A stretch of DNA of 64,000 nt from Heteronotia binoei (GCF_032191835.1 NC_083237.1:18228001-18292000); one strand, 5' to 3'. Positions 10,701-22,089 are shown, counted from the stretch's first letter. The notes: generated by a model not told the origin, from the letters alone. Numbers and translations are program-made.

Positions 10701-12141
10701 TTCACCACTACACCAAGCTGGTTCTCAAAGGACATTGTGGGTGAGGGCAGCAGGGCCCTGTCCCCTTCCAAGGGGGGCCAACCTCCCGTTTTGCCAGCTC
10801 TACAGACTCAGGCCCAGACCAAAGCAGGATCCTTCCCTGAGGACCCTCTCTCCTTTGCCCCCCCCCCCCCCAGGCCTGAGACGGGAGGGAAAGGAGCTGA
10901 GCATCTGCCACCTGGATGCCCAGATCACAGGGACCCTCCCCACCCTGCCAGATGCCCCTTTCAGAGCCCCCCCCCCCACTCACCAGGCTCCCCATCCAGA
11001 AAGGGGCCCACGAGTCTCTGACTATGATATGGTCATGCAAGAGAAAGAGCACCACCCTGAGGCCAATGCACACGATTCCGAGCAGGATCTGGACCCCCTG
11101 GAAGGGAAAACACAACCCGGTCAGCACCAGGAGAGTGAACACACAGGCCAGGCCCTGGGAAACCACAGAGGCCTGGGGATTTTCTTCTCCTCCCCTTCCC
11201 CCTTCATTTTCAATCAACTCTGCAAGTGAGACCCAGTTCTGTTATGCCAATAAAGGTTTCTGGAATTAGGATTGGAGAACCCATTCTGAAGGCCACAGAG
11301 ATGTCTCTGAGCACGGACAGAATGCCCTTTACTAAGGCACAGAGGCTGAGCATCAGCAGCATATCGGGACCAAAGTGCCTTCTTCTCACCTGGCACAGAG
11401 ACTGGCTGGCATTCCAGGCTAAGACTCAGGCCCAGCCATCTCCCTCTTCAGGCAGGAAGCCAAGGGTGCCCCTTCCTCAAACGGGGCCACCAGTCCTTCT
11501 CTTCATGCCCCCCATTGTCAAGAGAGACTCTTGCCATTAGTTTGGGAGTACTCTCACTTCCCACTGTTCCTGCTTTGCGCCGCTCCTATCTCTGTGTAAT
11601 GAGTGAAGCATTCTTTCTGCCTAGTCTCTGAGATGGCCAAGGTCATCTCTGTCTGATTATGTTCACACCTGCAAAGGATCTGGGAAAGAACTATTGGGGG
11701 AGGGATTGCTCACTTTGTGCCTTTAAGTTCAAATGTATAATGGTTTAGCCCTAAGCTATAAGAAGAGGGCATTTGCCCGCCAAAGCCAGTTTTTGCAGGG
11801 ACCATCTTGCTCTGACCTGTCATGTATCAATAAGCAGCTATTCTTGCAATGGACTTTCATTGATCACTGAACTATTGGGGACTTGACACCCATGGCCTTA
11901 CCCCCAGCACTTTCTGCTCCCCGGTGCATGGGGCTCTGCCAGAGGATGGGGCAGGGGTTGACGGATCCGGGGTCTTGGGGGCAGGCGCCTTCTGCCCGGG
12001 CTGCTTCCGGCCTGCGGCTGTCACGGCCTTGACCAGGTAGGACAGTGAAGACTCCTGGCAGATGTTGATGTTCACGACAGTCTTGCCAGAGTCCTTGGCA
12101 GAGACCTCGGTCCCGTTCACCTCCACCAGACTGGTTTCCAT
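7624..12141 (-). CDS. TMEM176: TMEM176-family (MS4A/CD20-like four-TM) protein, ~282 aa; join(12141-11902, 11097-10984, 10340-10284, 10154-9930, 8624-8514, 7725-7624)
   Basis: All junctions are GT..AG and phase 0 (80+38+19+75+37+33 codons plus stop). VVNINICQESSLSYLV resembles the TMEM176 HIDVHIHQESALAKLL motif. GVQILLG..W.G, FVVSGSLCVLSERRGGRCW and a two-Cys loop (DAC...ERC) match my recollection of mammalian TMEM176A/B. A versus B cannot be assigned. Confidence 0.88.
7847..8143 (-). mobile_element. Squam3-like SINE in the last TMEM176 intron
   Basis: Same consensus, reversed. Confidence 0.8.
8514..8624 (-). CDS. TMEM176: TMEM176-like coding exon 5 (NVFTGVEILLL...CCTPR), TM4
   Basis: ccccctag acceptor, gtattt donor, 37 codons, hydrophobic; not in the ORF track. 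Confidence 0.82.
9930..10154 (-). CDS. TMEM176: TMEM176-like coding exon 4 (VLLATLFN...WMMKLL)
   Basis: ccccag acceptor, gtgagc donor, 75 codons including both loop cysteines. Confidence 0.88.
10284..10340 (-). CDS. TMEM176: TMEM176-like coding exon 3 (FVVSGSLCVLSERRGGRCW)
   Basis: ccttcacag acceptor, gtgagt donor, 57 nt. Confidence 0.88.
10345..10724 (-). mobile_element. Squam3-like SINE with expanded (CTT/CCT)n tail abutting a splice acceptor
   Basis: Body 10455-10724; ~110-nt purine repeat on + at 10345-10455. Confidence 0.8.
10984..11097 (-). CDS. TMEM176: TMEM176-like coding exon 2 (GVQILLG...WMGSL)
   Basis: ttcccttccag acceptor, gtgagt donor, 38 codons. Confidence 0.88.
11902..12141 (-). 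CDS. TMEM176: TMEM176-like coding exon 1 (METSLVEV...QKVLG)
   Basis: Acceptor ttccag before 12181; 40-nt 5'UTR; donor GGG|gtaagg at 11901. Confidence 0.85.
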
Positions 12142-12216
12142 TGCTTCCTCTGCTCAGCAGCTCGAGGGCAGCAAAACACACCTGGAAGGACAGAAAGCGG
12201 GATGGAGGACAATAAG

Positions 12217-12383
12217 CAGGGTTTTTGTAGCAAAAACTCCTTTGCATATTAGGCCACACCTCCATGATGTAGCCAATCCTCTGAGAGCTTACAGGGCCTA
12301 CTGTAAGCTCTTAAGAGGATTGGCTACATCACAGGGTGTGGTCTAATATGCAGAGGAGTTCCTGCTACAAAAAAAAAGCCCTG
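12217..12383. mobile_element. Palindromic hAT-type MITE
   Basis: 8-bp TSD acaataag; 35 bp from the TMEM176 acceptor at 12182. Confidence 0.85.
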
Positions 12384-12472
12384 ACAATAAGACAGAACAA
12401 AACAGAGCATGGGTGTGGAATAGCTGGAGACTAAGCACCAGAATGCGAGAGGTCACATACAGGACCCCTTGT

Positions 12473-12800
12473 CACAGAATCATAGAGTTGGAAGGGACCC
12501 CCAGGGTCATCTAGCCCAAACCCCTGCACAATGCAGGAAATGAACAAATGTCTCCCCCTAAATTCACAGGATCCACATTGCTGTCAGATGGCCTCTGTTT
12601 CAAAACCTCCAAGGAAGGACAGCCCACCACCTCCCAAGGAAGCCTATTCTACTGAGGAACTGCTCTGCCAGGAAGTTCTTCCTCATGTTGGACCGGAAAC
12701 TCTTCTGATTTAATTTCAAACCACTGGTTCTGGTCCTACCTTCTGGAGCCACAGAAAACAATTCTGCACCGTCTTCTATCTGACAATCCTTTAAGTACTT
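12473..12800 (-). mobile_element. CR1 LINE 3' end
   Basis: Same CR1 terminal motif; lies in TMEM176 intron 1. Confidence 0.8.
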
Positions 12801-14289
12801 TTGTCCAAGAGATGGGAGCTAGAAATCTAGAAAGAAATATTTCCATTCCATCTCTGGGTTGGAGGTGGGGTGGAGTAAGGAGTCCCACAGCAAACCCAAA
12901 TATTGATAGGGCGGGGTGGGGAGTGAGCAAAGACCTGTGGCCCAAGCAGTGGAAGTTAAACTGATTTTGTTGGATATTGTAATTGCAAGAGGCCTGGGAG
13001 GGAAAGTATTACAAGAACCAGGCAGTTGGCTCCACCCTCTCTCTTTGACTCTTGCTTGACTTCTGTTTTTTCATCTTATATAGGACCTTTCTTCTTCTCC
13101 TCCTCCTCCTCCTCCTCCCTCTCTCAGCTGGGTTTGGAACGTTAGCAACTTAACCTTTTTAGAAGTTACTCTGTTCACAATACATTAAACCTACCTACAT
13201 GCAGGGGGGTTTTTGTAGAAAAAGCCCAGCAGGAGCTCATTTGCATATTAGGCCACACCCCCTAACACCAAGACAGCCGGAACTGTGTTTCTGCTAAAAA
13301 AAAAAAAAAAAGCCCTGCCTACATGAATGTATCATGTAAGATGAGCTTCCATTTGTGTGAGTAAAATGTCTTTCTCTTGTTACCATTTGAGTCAGATCAT
13401 TGTAATTTGTTGGAACAGCCTTTTCCCCTTAACCGAGAAACATGGAGAATTGGGGGATGCTGTGTAAAGCTTCTGTGGGTCAAGACTCAAAGCAAATTGT
13501 TTTGTTGGGGGTTTTTTTACATTTTTTACATTTGTATTCCTTTCATACTCGAATATTTCCTTTCATACATGAAATATTTCCTCTAATTGTCTCAGCAAAA
13601 GCCTCCAAGACATCTTCCCTCTCATCTTACACAATCATTTTTCTTTGTTACAACCATTTTGGCATGTTTTCTAATCAACAAGGGGGAAATACTTGGGAGC
13701 TGACTTCATCTGGAGAGAACCGATCAGAAAAAATATACTTTCAGCATAGAAGATTTCCAGCAGCACATCAGAAGGATGCGTTTCTTTCCGTGGGTTCTTG
13801 CTGCAGATTGTCCGCACACCCTCTGGTTACCTTTATTTCTACATTTGTTTTAATTGATGGAACAAAATGTCCTGGTTTTTATTGTAGATTTTGGCTGCAT
13901 CAGTATCCGGGAGGGGGGGGGGGGAGATTATATTTGTAAAACCACAAAATTAGTTGTTGATGGCAAGTGATTTTTGGAAACAGACATCATCACATAGATT
14001 AATAAGAAGGGGGCTGGGCCAGGTTGGGGGAATTGATAAGCCTACACCCTGCCAATCAAAGGCCATCTGCCTCTCCCCCCCCCCCTCAAAACAGCCATCT
14101 TCTTGGAGGGGAGGGTAGCTCTGGCCTGAAGGCAGTTCCGAAGCTTCAGCATGTAGGAACCACTACAGCCCAGTTTCGGATGGCAGTAGGGTTGCCAGGT
14201 TGGAAAATACCTGGGGACTTTGGGGCTGGATCCAGGAGAGGGAAGGATTAGGGAAGGGAGGGGCCTCAGCATGGGACAATGCCATAGAG

Positions 14290-15057
14290 GAGGGGTGTCA
14301 AACTCATTTGTTATGAGGGCCAGATCTTACCTAGGGCGTTTTCGCACTGACCTTAATCGGCAGCGACGTCCCTCTTCACCCGCGCAGGATCTGCGCGGAT
14401 TTCGCACCAATTGCTGCGGAGCACCCGGAAGAGCCGCAAAGTCCCGCGGCTTTTGCGGCGCAAATGGAAACTGGTTTTTGGCGGTTTCCATTTGCGCCGC
14501 AAAAAGCCGCGGGACTTTGCGGCTCTTCTGGGTGCTCCGCAACAATTGGTGCGAAATCCGCGCAGATCCTGCGCGGTGAAGAGGGACGTCGCTGCCGATT
14601 AAGGTCAGTGTGAAAACACCCCTAAATGAGACCTTGTCAGGACGGGACGGACTGGGCCATGTCGGGCCATGAGTATACCTATTTAAGATTAGGTAGCAGA
14701 GGTATAAATTTTTGCAAGGACCCAGACAAAAATGATTAAAAATAAAATAAAACATGCTTAAAACATTAGCGCTTGTTGGTCTTAAAGATGCTTTCTTTCT
14801 CCCATGGGATCCAGGGAACGGGGGCAAAGGAAGCTCTAGATCTTTCCCTCTCCCACCCAGGGGACCAGGAAGGGGGAAATCAAGATTTTGCCCTGTAGCT
14901 CCTGCGCGATTGAGCAAGCCTGGCAAAGCAAGCTGAGATGCTGAAGGAAGCAAGCGAGAGGGAGAAGGAAGCAGGTGACAGCCAGTATCTTCGGAGGCCT
15001 GATAGGAGCCCTCCAGGGGTCTCATTTGGCCCCTTGGCCGCATGTTTGACACCTCTG
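14290..15057. mobile_element. hAT (Charlie-like) MITE nested in a Tip100-like MITE
   Basis: TIR .AGGGGTGTCAAAC...GTTTGACACCTCTG; TSD ccatagag (14282/15058). Confidence 0.82.
14334..14622. mobile_element. Near-perfect ~290-bp palindromic CpG-rich MITE (PIF/Harbinger-like or TA-targeting)
   Basis: GGGCGTTTTCGCAC...GTGTGAAAACACCC; whole element self-complementary; flanked by TA. A truncated relative lies at ~690-890. Confidence 0.8.
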
Positions 15058-15249
15058 CCATAGAGTCCACCTTTCAAAGCCACCATTTCCTCCAGGGGAG
15101 CCAATCTCTGCCAGCGGGAGATCTCCTGGCCCCACCTGGAGACAAAGCTCTCTGGCGGGGGGGGGGGGGGGGAGGGGGGACTGTGTCTCTCATATAAAAC
15201 TGCTCCCCCGAAAATCTTGTTGGGCTCTAAGGAGCTTCTGGAGTCCAAT

Positions 15250-16320
15250 ACAGATTAAAAAGTCAAAACCTGGGTTCTGCCATTCCTCCAAGCGCTTTCT
15301 TGACCTGATAAGCTTGGCTGGATGGATTCCAAGCAGCTCAGAGGCCAACCGCAGTTGCAGAGAGGCTCCGGAGAGTCCCCAGTAAAGTTCAGCGGGGGGG
15401 GGGGGGTGTCCTCCATGCAGCAGCCGAAGGCGAGAAACGCAGTCGCCCCCCCCCCTCCGTTCCCTTGGGCAGCCCCGGCTTCCAGGGGCGGCTCTTCCCT
15501 TCCGAGCCCTAAAGCTCCGGTGGGAGGGGGGGAGGGAAAAGACTGGGGCCACCGCGGAGGAGCCTCTGCTCCCATCCAAGCCATCCCTAGCAAGCGAGCC
15601 CGGCGCTCTCCGCGCCTCCTGGCCCCCACCAGGCCATCCGTCCCTCCGCCAGTGGCAAAAGCCTCGACTGAGCCTCCCTGGGCAAGCGGGAGCTTTCGGG
15701 GGGGGGGGGGGGGAGGGACGCTGACCTGCGCCTGCTTCGGGTCCCCGGAAATCAGGACTCACTCACCGGCAGCAGATGCACCGTCGGAGAGGCGAGCCCT
15801 GCAAAGCCCAGCGGTTCCGTCCGGGGCGCAAAGGGCTCCCGGAGCCCAGCGGGGAGGCCGGCCACGCCCGATCGCCCCCCCACGCGCCTTTGGCAAGCAG
15901 CCGGGGAAGGGACGCCGCGCCTCCAAGGGAGCCGCGCTTGGCTTTTGGCTGCCCTCCGACGGCGGCGGCCCCCTGCCAGCTTGGGAGGGAAGCGGGAGGC
16001 CGCCGAGCCCAAGGGGTCCAGGGGCGCGGGGCGAGGGGGGGGGGGTCGACTAGCTGGGACCCGGGGGAGCCCCAGGGAGTTTTTTTTCTGGGGGGGGGGA
16101 GCGCGAGGGGGGTTGTGGCGCCTGCTTTGCAATGGGGGGACGACGCACGTTGGAGGCTGTGGGGCGGCTCCAGGCTCCTTCCTGCTAGGCCCTCCCCTCG
16201 CTGCCCAAAGCAACAGCCCACGCCACAGGAAGGAGGGGGGGGGGAGCAGATCGACATTGGGAAAGACGGACAGGCGCCGTCGAGGCACCAGCGAGGCCAA
16301 ACTTCCTTAGCGTGAGAGCC
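15250..16320 (-). promoter_or_regulatory. CpG island / probable promoter and non-coding first exon of the TMEM176-like gene
   Basis: Very GC- and CpG-rich versus the flanks; minus-strand donor CCG|gtgagt at 15766, upstream of the acceptor at 12182. Confidence 0.65.
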
Positions 16321-17239
16321 ACGTGGAATAAACGTCGAATGTTTGAGAGCCGCAAAGTTGGCGGGAAGGAGATGGGAGAGAGGGAGGTGGAAAGAAAGCA
16401 ACTGCAAATGTTTTCTCCAAGCAGCGCCTGGAGAAATGTTTTCTCCAAGACGTGATTTAAAGAGAGAGATGCCTTCACCAACCCGGCCGATGGGGAGGTG
16501 GGGGCCTTGAAGCTGAGCTACACAATATGTGTGTGTGTGAGAGAGAGAGCCACATGCGGCTGGCGACTCGAAGGCATTTCTGGACCAATCAGAGGCTCAC
16601 GAGGGTCGCCGGACCCCCTGCCCAGCATCCAACCAGACAGAGGGTGGGTGCTGTTTGTGGCGCTCTCCATCAAGAGGAGGCTGAGGCTTCAGGAGCTGAC
16701 TGTGCTCCGGTGGCACCTTTGGCCCCAGAAGGGAATGAGGGTGTGGTCTCATGCTTAGCATAGGGAACCTGTGTTGATGCTGGCTTGGGGGGGGGGGCAG
16801 AGTTTTTTGTAGCAGGAACTCCTTTGCATATTAGGCCCCACTCACCCCTGATGTAGCCAATCCTCCACGAGCTCTTAGTACAGGGCCTACTGTAAGCTTC
16901 TGGAGGACTGGCTACAGCAGAGGGGTGGGGCCTGATCTGCAAAAAAAGTTTCTGCTACAAAAAAGGGGGAGGGGGAGAGTTTAAAAAAAAAAACCCGCAG
17001 GCCTGACTTTCCATTTTCGAAGGTTTAAAGCAGGCCTTGAATTCAGCAGGAGCTCACAGGAACGCAGCTCCTGAACCTTTTTGAGAGTTCCCCCTCCCCG
17101 CCTCCCTACCTTGTCCATTCAATAGGAGGTGCAGCTGCATAACGATCCCTGGATGAGCTCCACCACCTATTTTTCTGCAAAATGACCCCTGGTTTAAAGT
17201 AAACACACATCATTTAGAAATATGAGGGGAGGGGGTTAA

Positions 17240-17835
17240 TATAAACGTTTTATTGAGGAACGATAAGACTATGCGAATGTTTACGTCAGCCAAAGGCAGC
17301 ATTTGAAGTAATTACATGCTTCTCATACAGAGTTGAAAAACAGGCCAGCGAATGTTGAGAGAGGGGCGATGCTGTTGAATAGTAGCGCACAATAATCCTA
17401 TTGCCACAATCACATTAGGATTTGAATTAGATCCAAGAGCCAATGTCACGTCTCTGTGAATGATAAACATTCGGTTACTGGAAGCCACGTCTGGTCGAAA
17501 TCAGATATGGCGGGGCCGTTTTGGGATTGTGTCAGGCAATTGGTTATTTTCTCCATTATGCAAAGATCGCGCAATTGAGCAAACCAATCTGAGCCTGGAG
17601 GGGACTTTCCATCCTTCGAATATTTTGCTATTACGACTCTTGCAGCGGCAGCACACAATTTTTTTTTTTTGTTCTTCTGTAAGGACAAACCTAAGCTGGC
17701 AACCCAAGGAGGGACAAAGATTCTTTGCATGAGCTTGTCTGGAATAAGCATGTCTGGCAGAAAAAGACCAAAGGAAGATTTGACTGAATGTTGTACTTTC
17801 TGTATTCATGTTGTCCCCCCCACCCCTTAGGATCC
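17240..17835 (-). mobile_element. L1 ORF2 C-terminal / 3' end fragment
   Basis: AAARVVIAKYSK..SDWFAQLRDLCIMEKIT is typical of an L1 ORF2 end; AATAAA on - near 17250. Confidence 0.7.
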
Positions 17836-18046
17836 TATAGCACAGGGGTGGCCAACGGTAGCTCTCCAGATGTTTTTGCCTACAAGTCCCATCAGCCCCA
17901 GCCAGCATGACACTCTGATAGTCCGGATAGTAGACAAAAAACTCAAAGGGTGCCATCTGGGTTTCAAAATTCCAAATTTTGAATTTAAATTGTTGTAATT
18001 TTTTTAAAGTGTATATTGTTTTATGTATTTTGTACATCACCCGGAG

Positions 18047-18352
18047 AGCCCCATGGCGCAGAGTGGTAAAGCTGCAGAACTACAGTCCAAACTCTCTGCT
18101 CACGACCTGAGTTCAATCCCAGCAGAAGCTGGGTTCAGGTAGCCGGCTCCAGGTTGACTCAGCCTTCCATCCTTCCGAGGTCGGTAAAATGAGTACCCAG
18201 CTTGCTGGGGGGGGGGGGGGGTGGAGTGTAGATGACTGGGGAAGGCAATGGCAAACCACCCCATAAAAAGTCTGCCGTGAAAACGTTGTGAAAGCAATGT
18301 CACCCCAGAGTCAGAAACGTCTGATGCTTGCACAGGGGACTACCTTTACCTT
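18047..18352 (+). mobile_element. Sauria SINE (Squam1)
   Basis: tRNA-like head, ggcaatggcaaaccacccc BovB-related segment, (ACCTTT)n tail, ~14-bp TSD tacatcacccRgag. Confidence 0.88.
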
Positions 18353-19238
18353 TACATCACCCAGAGCTGGCACAAGTCGGGCTGGAGCAATTAATCAAGT
18401 TCAATAAATAAATAATAATACTATTTCAGCAGAATCTTTTTCTACCAAACACACCTGCTTCATAACTAGGGATGCCAGTTCTGGGTTGGAAATTCCTGGG
18501 GATTTGGGGTGGGGGGGTGGATCCTGGGAAGGGTGGGATTTGGGGAGGAGAAGAAGCTCAGGAGGGATGGGATGACGCAGAGTCCACCCTCTGGACTTGC
18601 CTGCCACTTTCTCCAGGGGAACCGATCTCTGGCCTGGAGATCCAATGGACAGGCTCCACCACTCCCACTCCCCCTCCTCCAATCTGGGGTGACAGTCTTC
18701 TGGGGTGAGACATTCTACTCCAGTGGGTCCTATTATGTTCCATGCTTAGCCTGAGTACAACTTGGGGAAAGAGCATTTATCCATGGAAGCTAACCATGTT
18801 TTTTCATCACCAAGACAGTCAATTGGCCTCAGAGGGTGATTATATTATTCTTCAGGGAGAAATCAGCCACCAGGTATTTAATGAGATTCACAGTCTGCTT
18901 GGTTAAAAAAAAGTTCACTCTTCCTATCCAACACGCCCAGAGTGCAGCCCACAATGAATGCCACCACCAGCACCATGGAGAGGCACCCAAAGCAGCATCA
19001 GATGCACATCAAACCCTGACGCGGCTCCTGCGGATGGAGCGGCATTTTGAATGCTACTGAGCTGCTGAAGGAGGATTTGATCTCAAAGTAAAGGTGGCTA
19101 AGGTGGGGTTTTTCATGCATTTCAGTAGCAGGGAATAACCTGGGGTGACAAAATACCAGCTTTTTCAGGGAAATGTTGACAAATCATTACCAAATTCTGA
19201 CCAGTCAGAGAATAGCACCAGAAGACTATGTAATTCTT

Positions 19239-19587
19239 NNNNNNNNNNNNNNNNNNNNNNNNNNNNNNNNNNNNNNNNNNNNNNNNNNNNNNNNNNNNNN
19301 NNNNNNNNNNNNNNNNNNNNNNNNNNNNNNNNNNNNNNNNNNNNNNNNNNNNNNNNNNNNNNNNNNNNNNNNNNNNNNNNNNNNNNNNNNNNNNNNNNNN
19401 NNNNNNNNNNNNNNNNNNNNNNNNNNNNNNNNNNNNNNNNNNNNNNNNNNNNNNNNNNNNNNNNNNNNNNNNNNNNNNNNNNNNNNNNNNNNNNNNNNNN
19501 NNNNNNNNNNNNNNNNNNNNNNNNNNNNNNNNNNNNNNNNNNNNNNNNNNNNNNNNNNNNNNNNNNNNNNNNNNNNNNNNNNNNNNN
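19239..19587. other. Assembly gap (349 N)
   Basis: Run of n. Confidence 1.
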
Positions 19588-20228
19588 TGCACCTGGAAGT
19601 CACGAAGTACTGAACTACCAGTTGAAGGTCCTTCATCCAGATCTCCTCTCTGCCAGTCACTGTCTCCTAGTGTAAGCCACCTTACATTATTCTTGTGAAG
19701 ATAAAGTGGGAAGGACCATATTTGCTGACCTGAAGTCCTTGGGGAAGGATGGGATAAAAATGTGGGGTCAATAAGATACAGAGAACCTCTTCCATTTTTT
19801 ACACCTTTGCTCATCCTTCGCATTATAACCAGCACAAAACAGGAAAAGTTTCCACAGAAGACCAGAACCCTGGCTTCCTTGCCCTTTGTTGTAGGATAGC
19901 ACACCTTGAGCTAGGAAGTCCCAGGTGCATATTTTTAATGACTGGATTTTTCTCAGAAACAGGTTAAAACTGGAGGGAAGGAGGTGGAGAGAGAGAGAGA
20001 ATGACTGTAGACTAATTCTAATTCAACTTAATTCTACTTCTAATTCAAAGGAAATATGGGGGGTGTGATAGAAAGAGCCAGCAGGAACTCATTTGCATAT
20101 TAAGCCACACCCTCTGACAAGCTGGCCAGAACTGCATTCCTGCTCAAAAAAAGCCTTGAGGGAAATAGATACTGAGCTAAACACATGATACTTGTTTATG
20201 GTGTGAATGATGATGTCTCTGATTCTAG

Positions 20229-21188
20229 ATGGAGCTGGTCAACAGGACTGGAGTACAGGAATTCATTTTGGTGGGATTTGCAGTCGGGGAACAGGAACGG
20301 TTCCTGCTCCTCATCTTTTTTGCCATTCTCTACATGTTGACATTGGTTGAGAACCTCACCATCATCACACTGGTGGTTCTGGACACCCACTTGTCCCGGC
20401 AGCCCATGTACATCCTGCTGAGCAACTTTTCCTGGCTGGAGATCTGTTACGTGAGCACCACTGTGCCCCGGATGCTGTTTGACTTGCCTTCCCCTTATGG
20501 GATTATCCCCTTCAGTTCCTGCTTCCTTCAGTTCTACCTCTTCTTTTCGCTCGGCAACACCGAATGCTTATTCCTCTCAGCCATGGCCTTGGACCGGTAC
20601 TTGGCCATCTGCCACCCTCTGCATTACCCACAAATCATGTCCCAAGACTTCTGCTGTGTCTTAGTTGCCACTTGTTGGGCCATTGGTTGCCTGTGGCACA
20701 TTATCCCAGTGGCTTTGATCTCCAAGTTGTCCTTCTGCGGCCCCAACATCATCGACCACTTTTTGTGTGATCCTGTGCCCATTTTGTCTCAGGCCTGCCC
20801 CCCACTAGGCATAGCCCCCACTGTGTACAAGATTTTTATGAATGCTGTTGTCGTAGGCAACGTCTCTTTTGTTGTGGTGTCCTATAGTGCTGTGACTTTC
20901 ACCCTGCTGAAAGCCTCCAACAGAGGCAATCGCAGGAAGGCCTTCTCCACCATATCTTTACACTTAGTGGTGGTGACCCTCTTCTACGGTTCTGTGGCCG
21001 AGATGTACTTGACTCCAGGTGGAGAAAATCAGTCAGAGGTCACGAAGGCTGTCACCCTTTTCTACACTGCCGTGACACCCTTTCTCAACCCCCTGATCTA
21101 CTGTCTCAGGAACGATCAGGTGAAGGAGGCGCTGGGCAGGTTGGTGAAGAAAAAGGAGAGGTTGCAGAGGAAAACCATGACAGTGTAA
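20229..21188 (+). CDS. Olfactory receptor, OR11-family-like, intact (319 aa)
   Basis: Full 7-TM OR motif set (PMYILLSNFSW, MALDRYLAICHPLHY, KAFSTISLHL, PFLNPLIYCLRN); no stops. Confidence 0.95.
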   Translation: MELVNRTGVQEFILVGFAVGEQERFLLLIFFAILYMLTLVENLTIITLVVLDTHLSRQPMYILLSNFSWLEICYVSTTVPRMLFDLPSPYGIIPFSSCFLQFYLFFSLGNTECLFLSAMALDRYLAICHPLHYPQIMSQDFCCVLVATCWAIGCLWHIIPVALISKLSFCGPNIIDHFLCDPVPILSQACPPLGIAPTVYKIFMNAVVVGNVSFVVVSYSAVTFTLLKASNRGNRRKAFSTISLHLVVVTLFYGSVAEMYLTPGGENQSEVTKAVTLFYTAVTPFLNPLIYCLRNDQVKEALGRLVKKKERLQRKTMTV

Positions 21189-21786
21189 AAAGGGGGAAAG
21201 AATGAAGAAACTGACGTTGAAACATCCAGTGACTAAAAGGAACTCCTCTCCTTTTATGAATCCAACTTTCATCTTCTGGACAACTTCATCTTCCAGTCCA
21301 ACTCGTGTAAGCTCTTGGAGGACTGGTTACAACAGGGGTGTGTGGCCTAATAAAGGAGTTCCTGCTACAAAAAAAAGCCTTGCTCCTATCATTTTTCAAA
21401 TGGCAAATAGCAGCAGTGGATGGAGGGAAGGGGAGCAGATTGGGCTGCAGGGTAGAGGAGAGAGGGGTCAATCCTTTACTACATGGCCCAAGCTAACCAG
21501 ATCTCATCAGATCTTGGAAGCTAAACAGGGTCAGCCTTGGCTAGAATTTGGAAGGGTGACCTCCAAAGAATACCAGGGTCATGACACTGAGGCAGGCAAT
21601 GGTAAACCATCTCTGAAACATCTCTTGCTTTTAAAAAAAACCACATCTAGCTTACCACGCCGAGTGGTGCATAATGCTAAAAGAGCTAGAACTTCAGGCT
21701 GCCAGACAATCTTAAGATCTCCTGGCTATACTACACACAATGCTGTACAATAATTACAATAATTATTACTAACACGATTACAACTA

Positions 21787-22060
21787 GAGAGCCAGTTTGG
21801 TGTAGTGGTTAAGTGCATGGACTCTTATCTGGAGAACCGGGTTTGATTCCCCACTCCTCCACTTGCACCTGCTGGAATGGCCTTGGGTCAGCCATAGCTC
21901 TGGCAGAGGTTGTCCTTGAAAGGGCAGATTCTGTCAGAGCTCTCTCAGCCCCACCCCCCTCAAAGGGTGTCTGTTGTGGGGGGAGAAGATAGAGGAGATT
22001 GTAAGCAGAGCTGAGTCTCTGATTCAGAGAGAAGGGCGGGTATAAATCTGCAATTCTTCT
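21787..22060 (+). mobile_element. Squam3-like SINE (paralog 32415-32695)
   Basis: Same consensus. Confidence 0.8.
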
Positions 22061-22089
22061 ATTATCACCATGCTCTTTTCTGAATCTGA

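Noticed and set aside
13330-13900. Possible old L1 ORF2 fragment on the minus strand
   Set aside because: Only faint motif resemblance (EAF..IRG); too weak to list as a feature.
15155-16250. Long G and C homopolymers as functional G-quadruplexes
   Set aside because: Similar runs occur throughout the window, including within TEs; lengths may be sequencing-dependent and nothing shows specificity.
15190-16410. Several 120-240 aa ORFs on both strands
   Set aside because: By-products of a GC-rich CpG island with few stops; low-complexity G/P/R/A translations with no domain.
19122-19904. ORFs of 144-260 aa
   Set aside because: They run through the N gap; artefacts.
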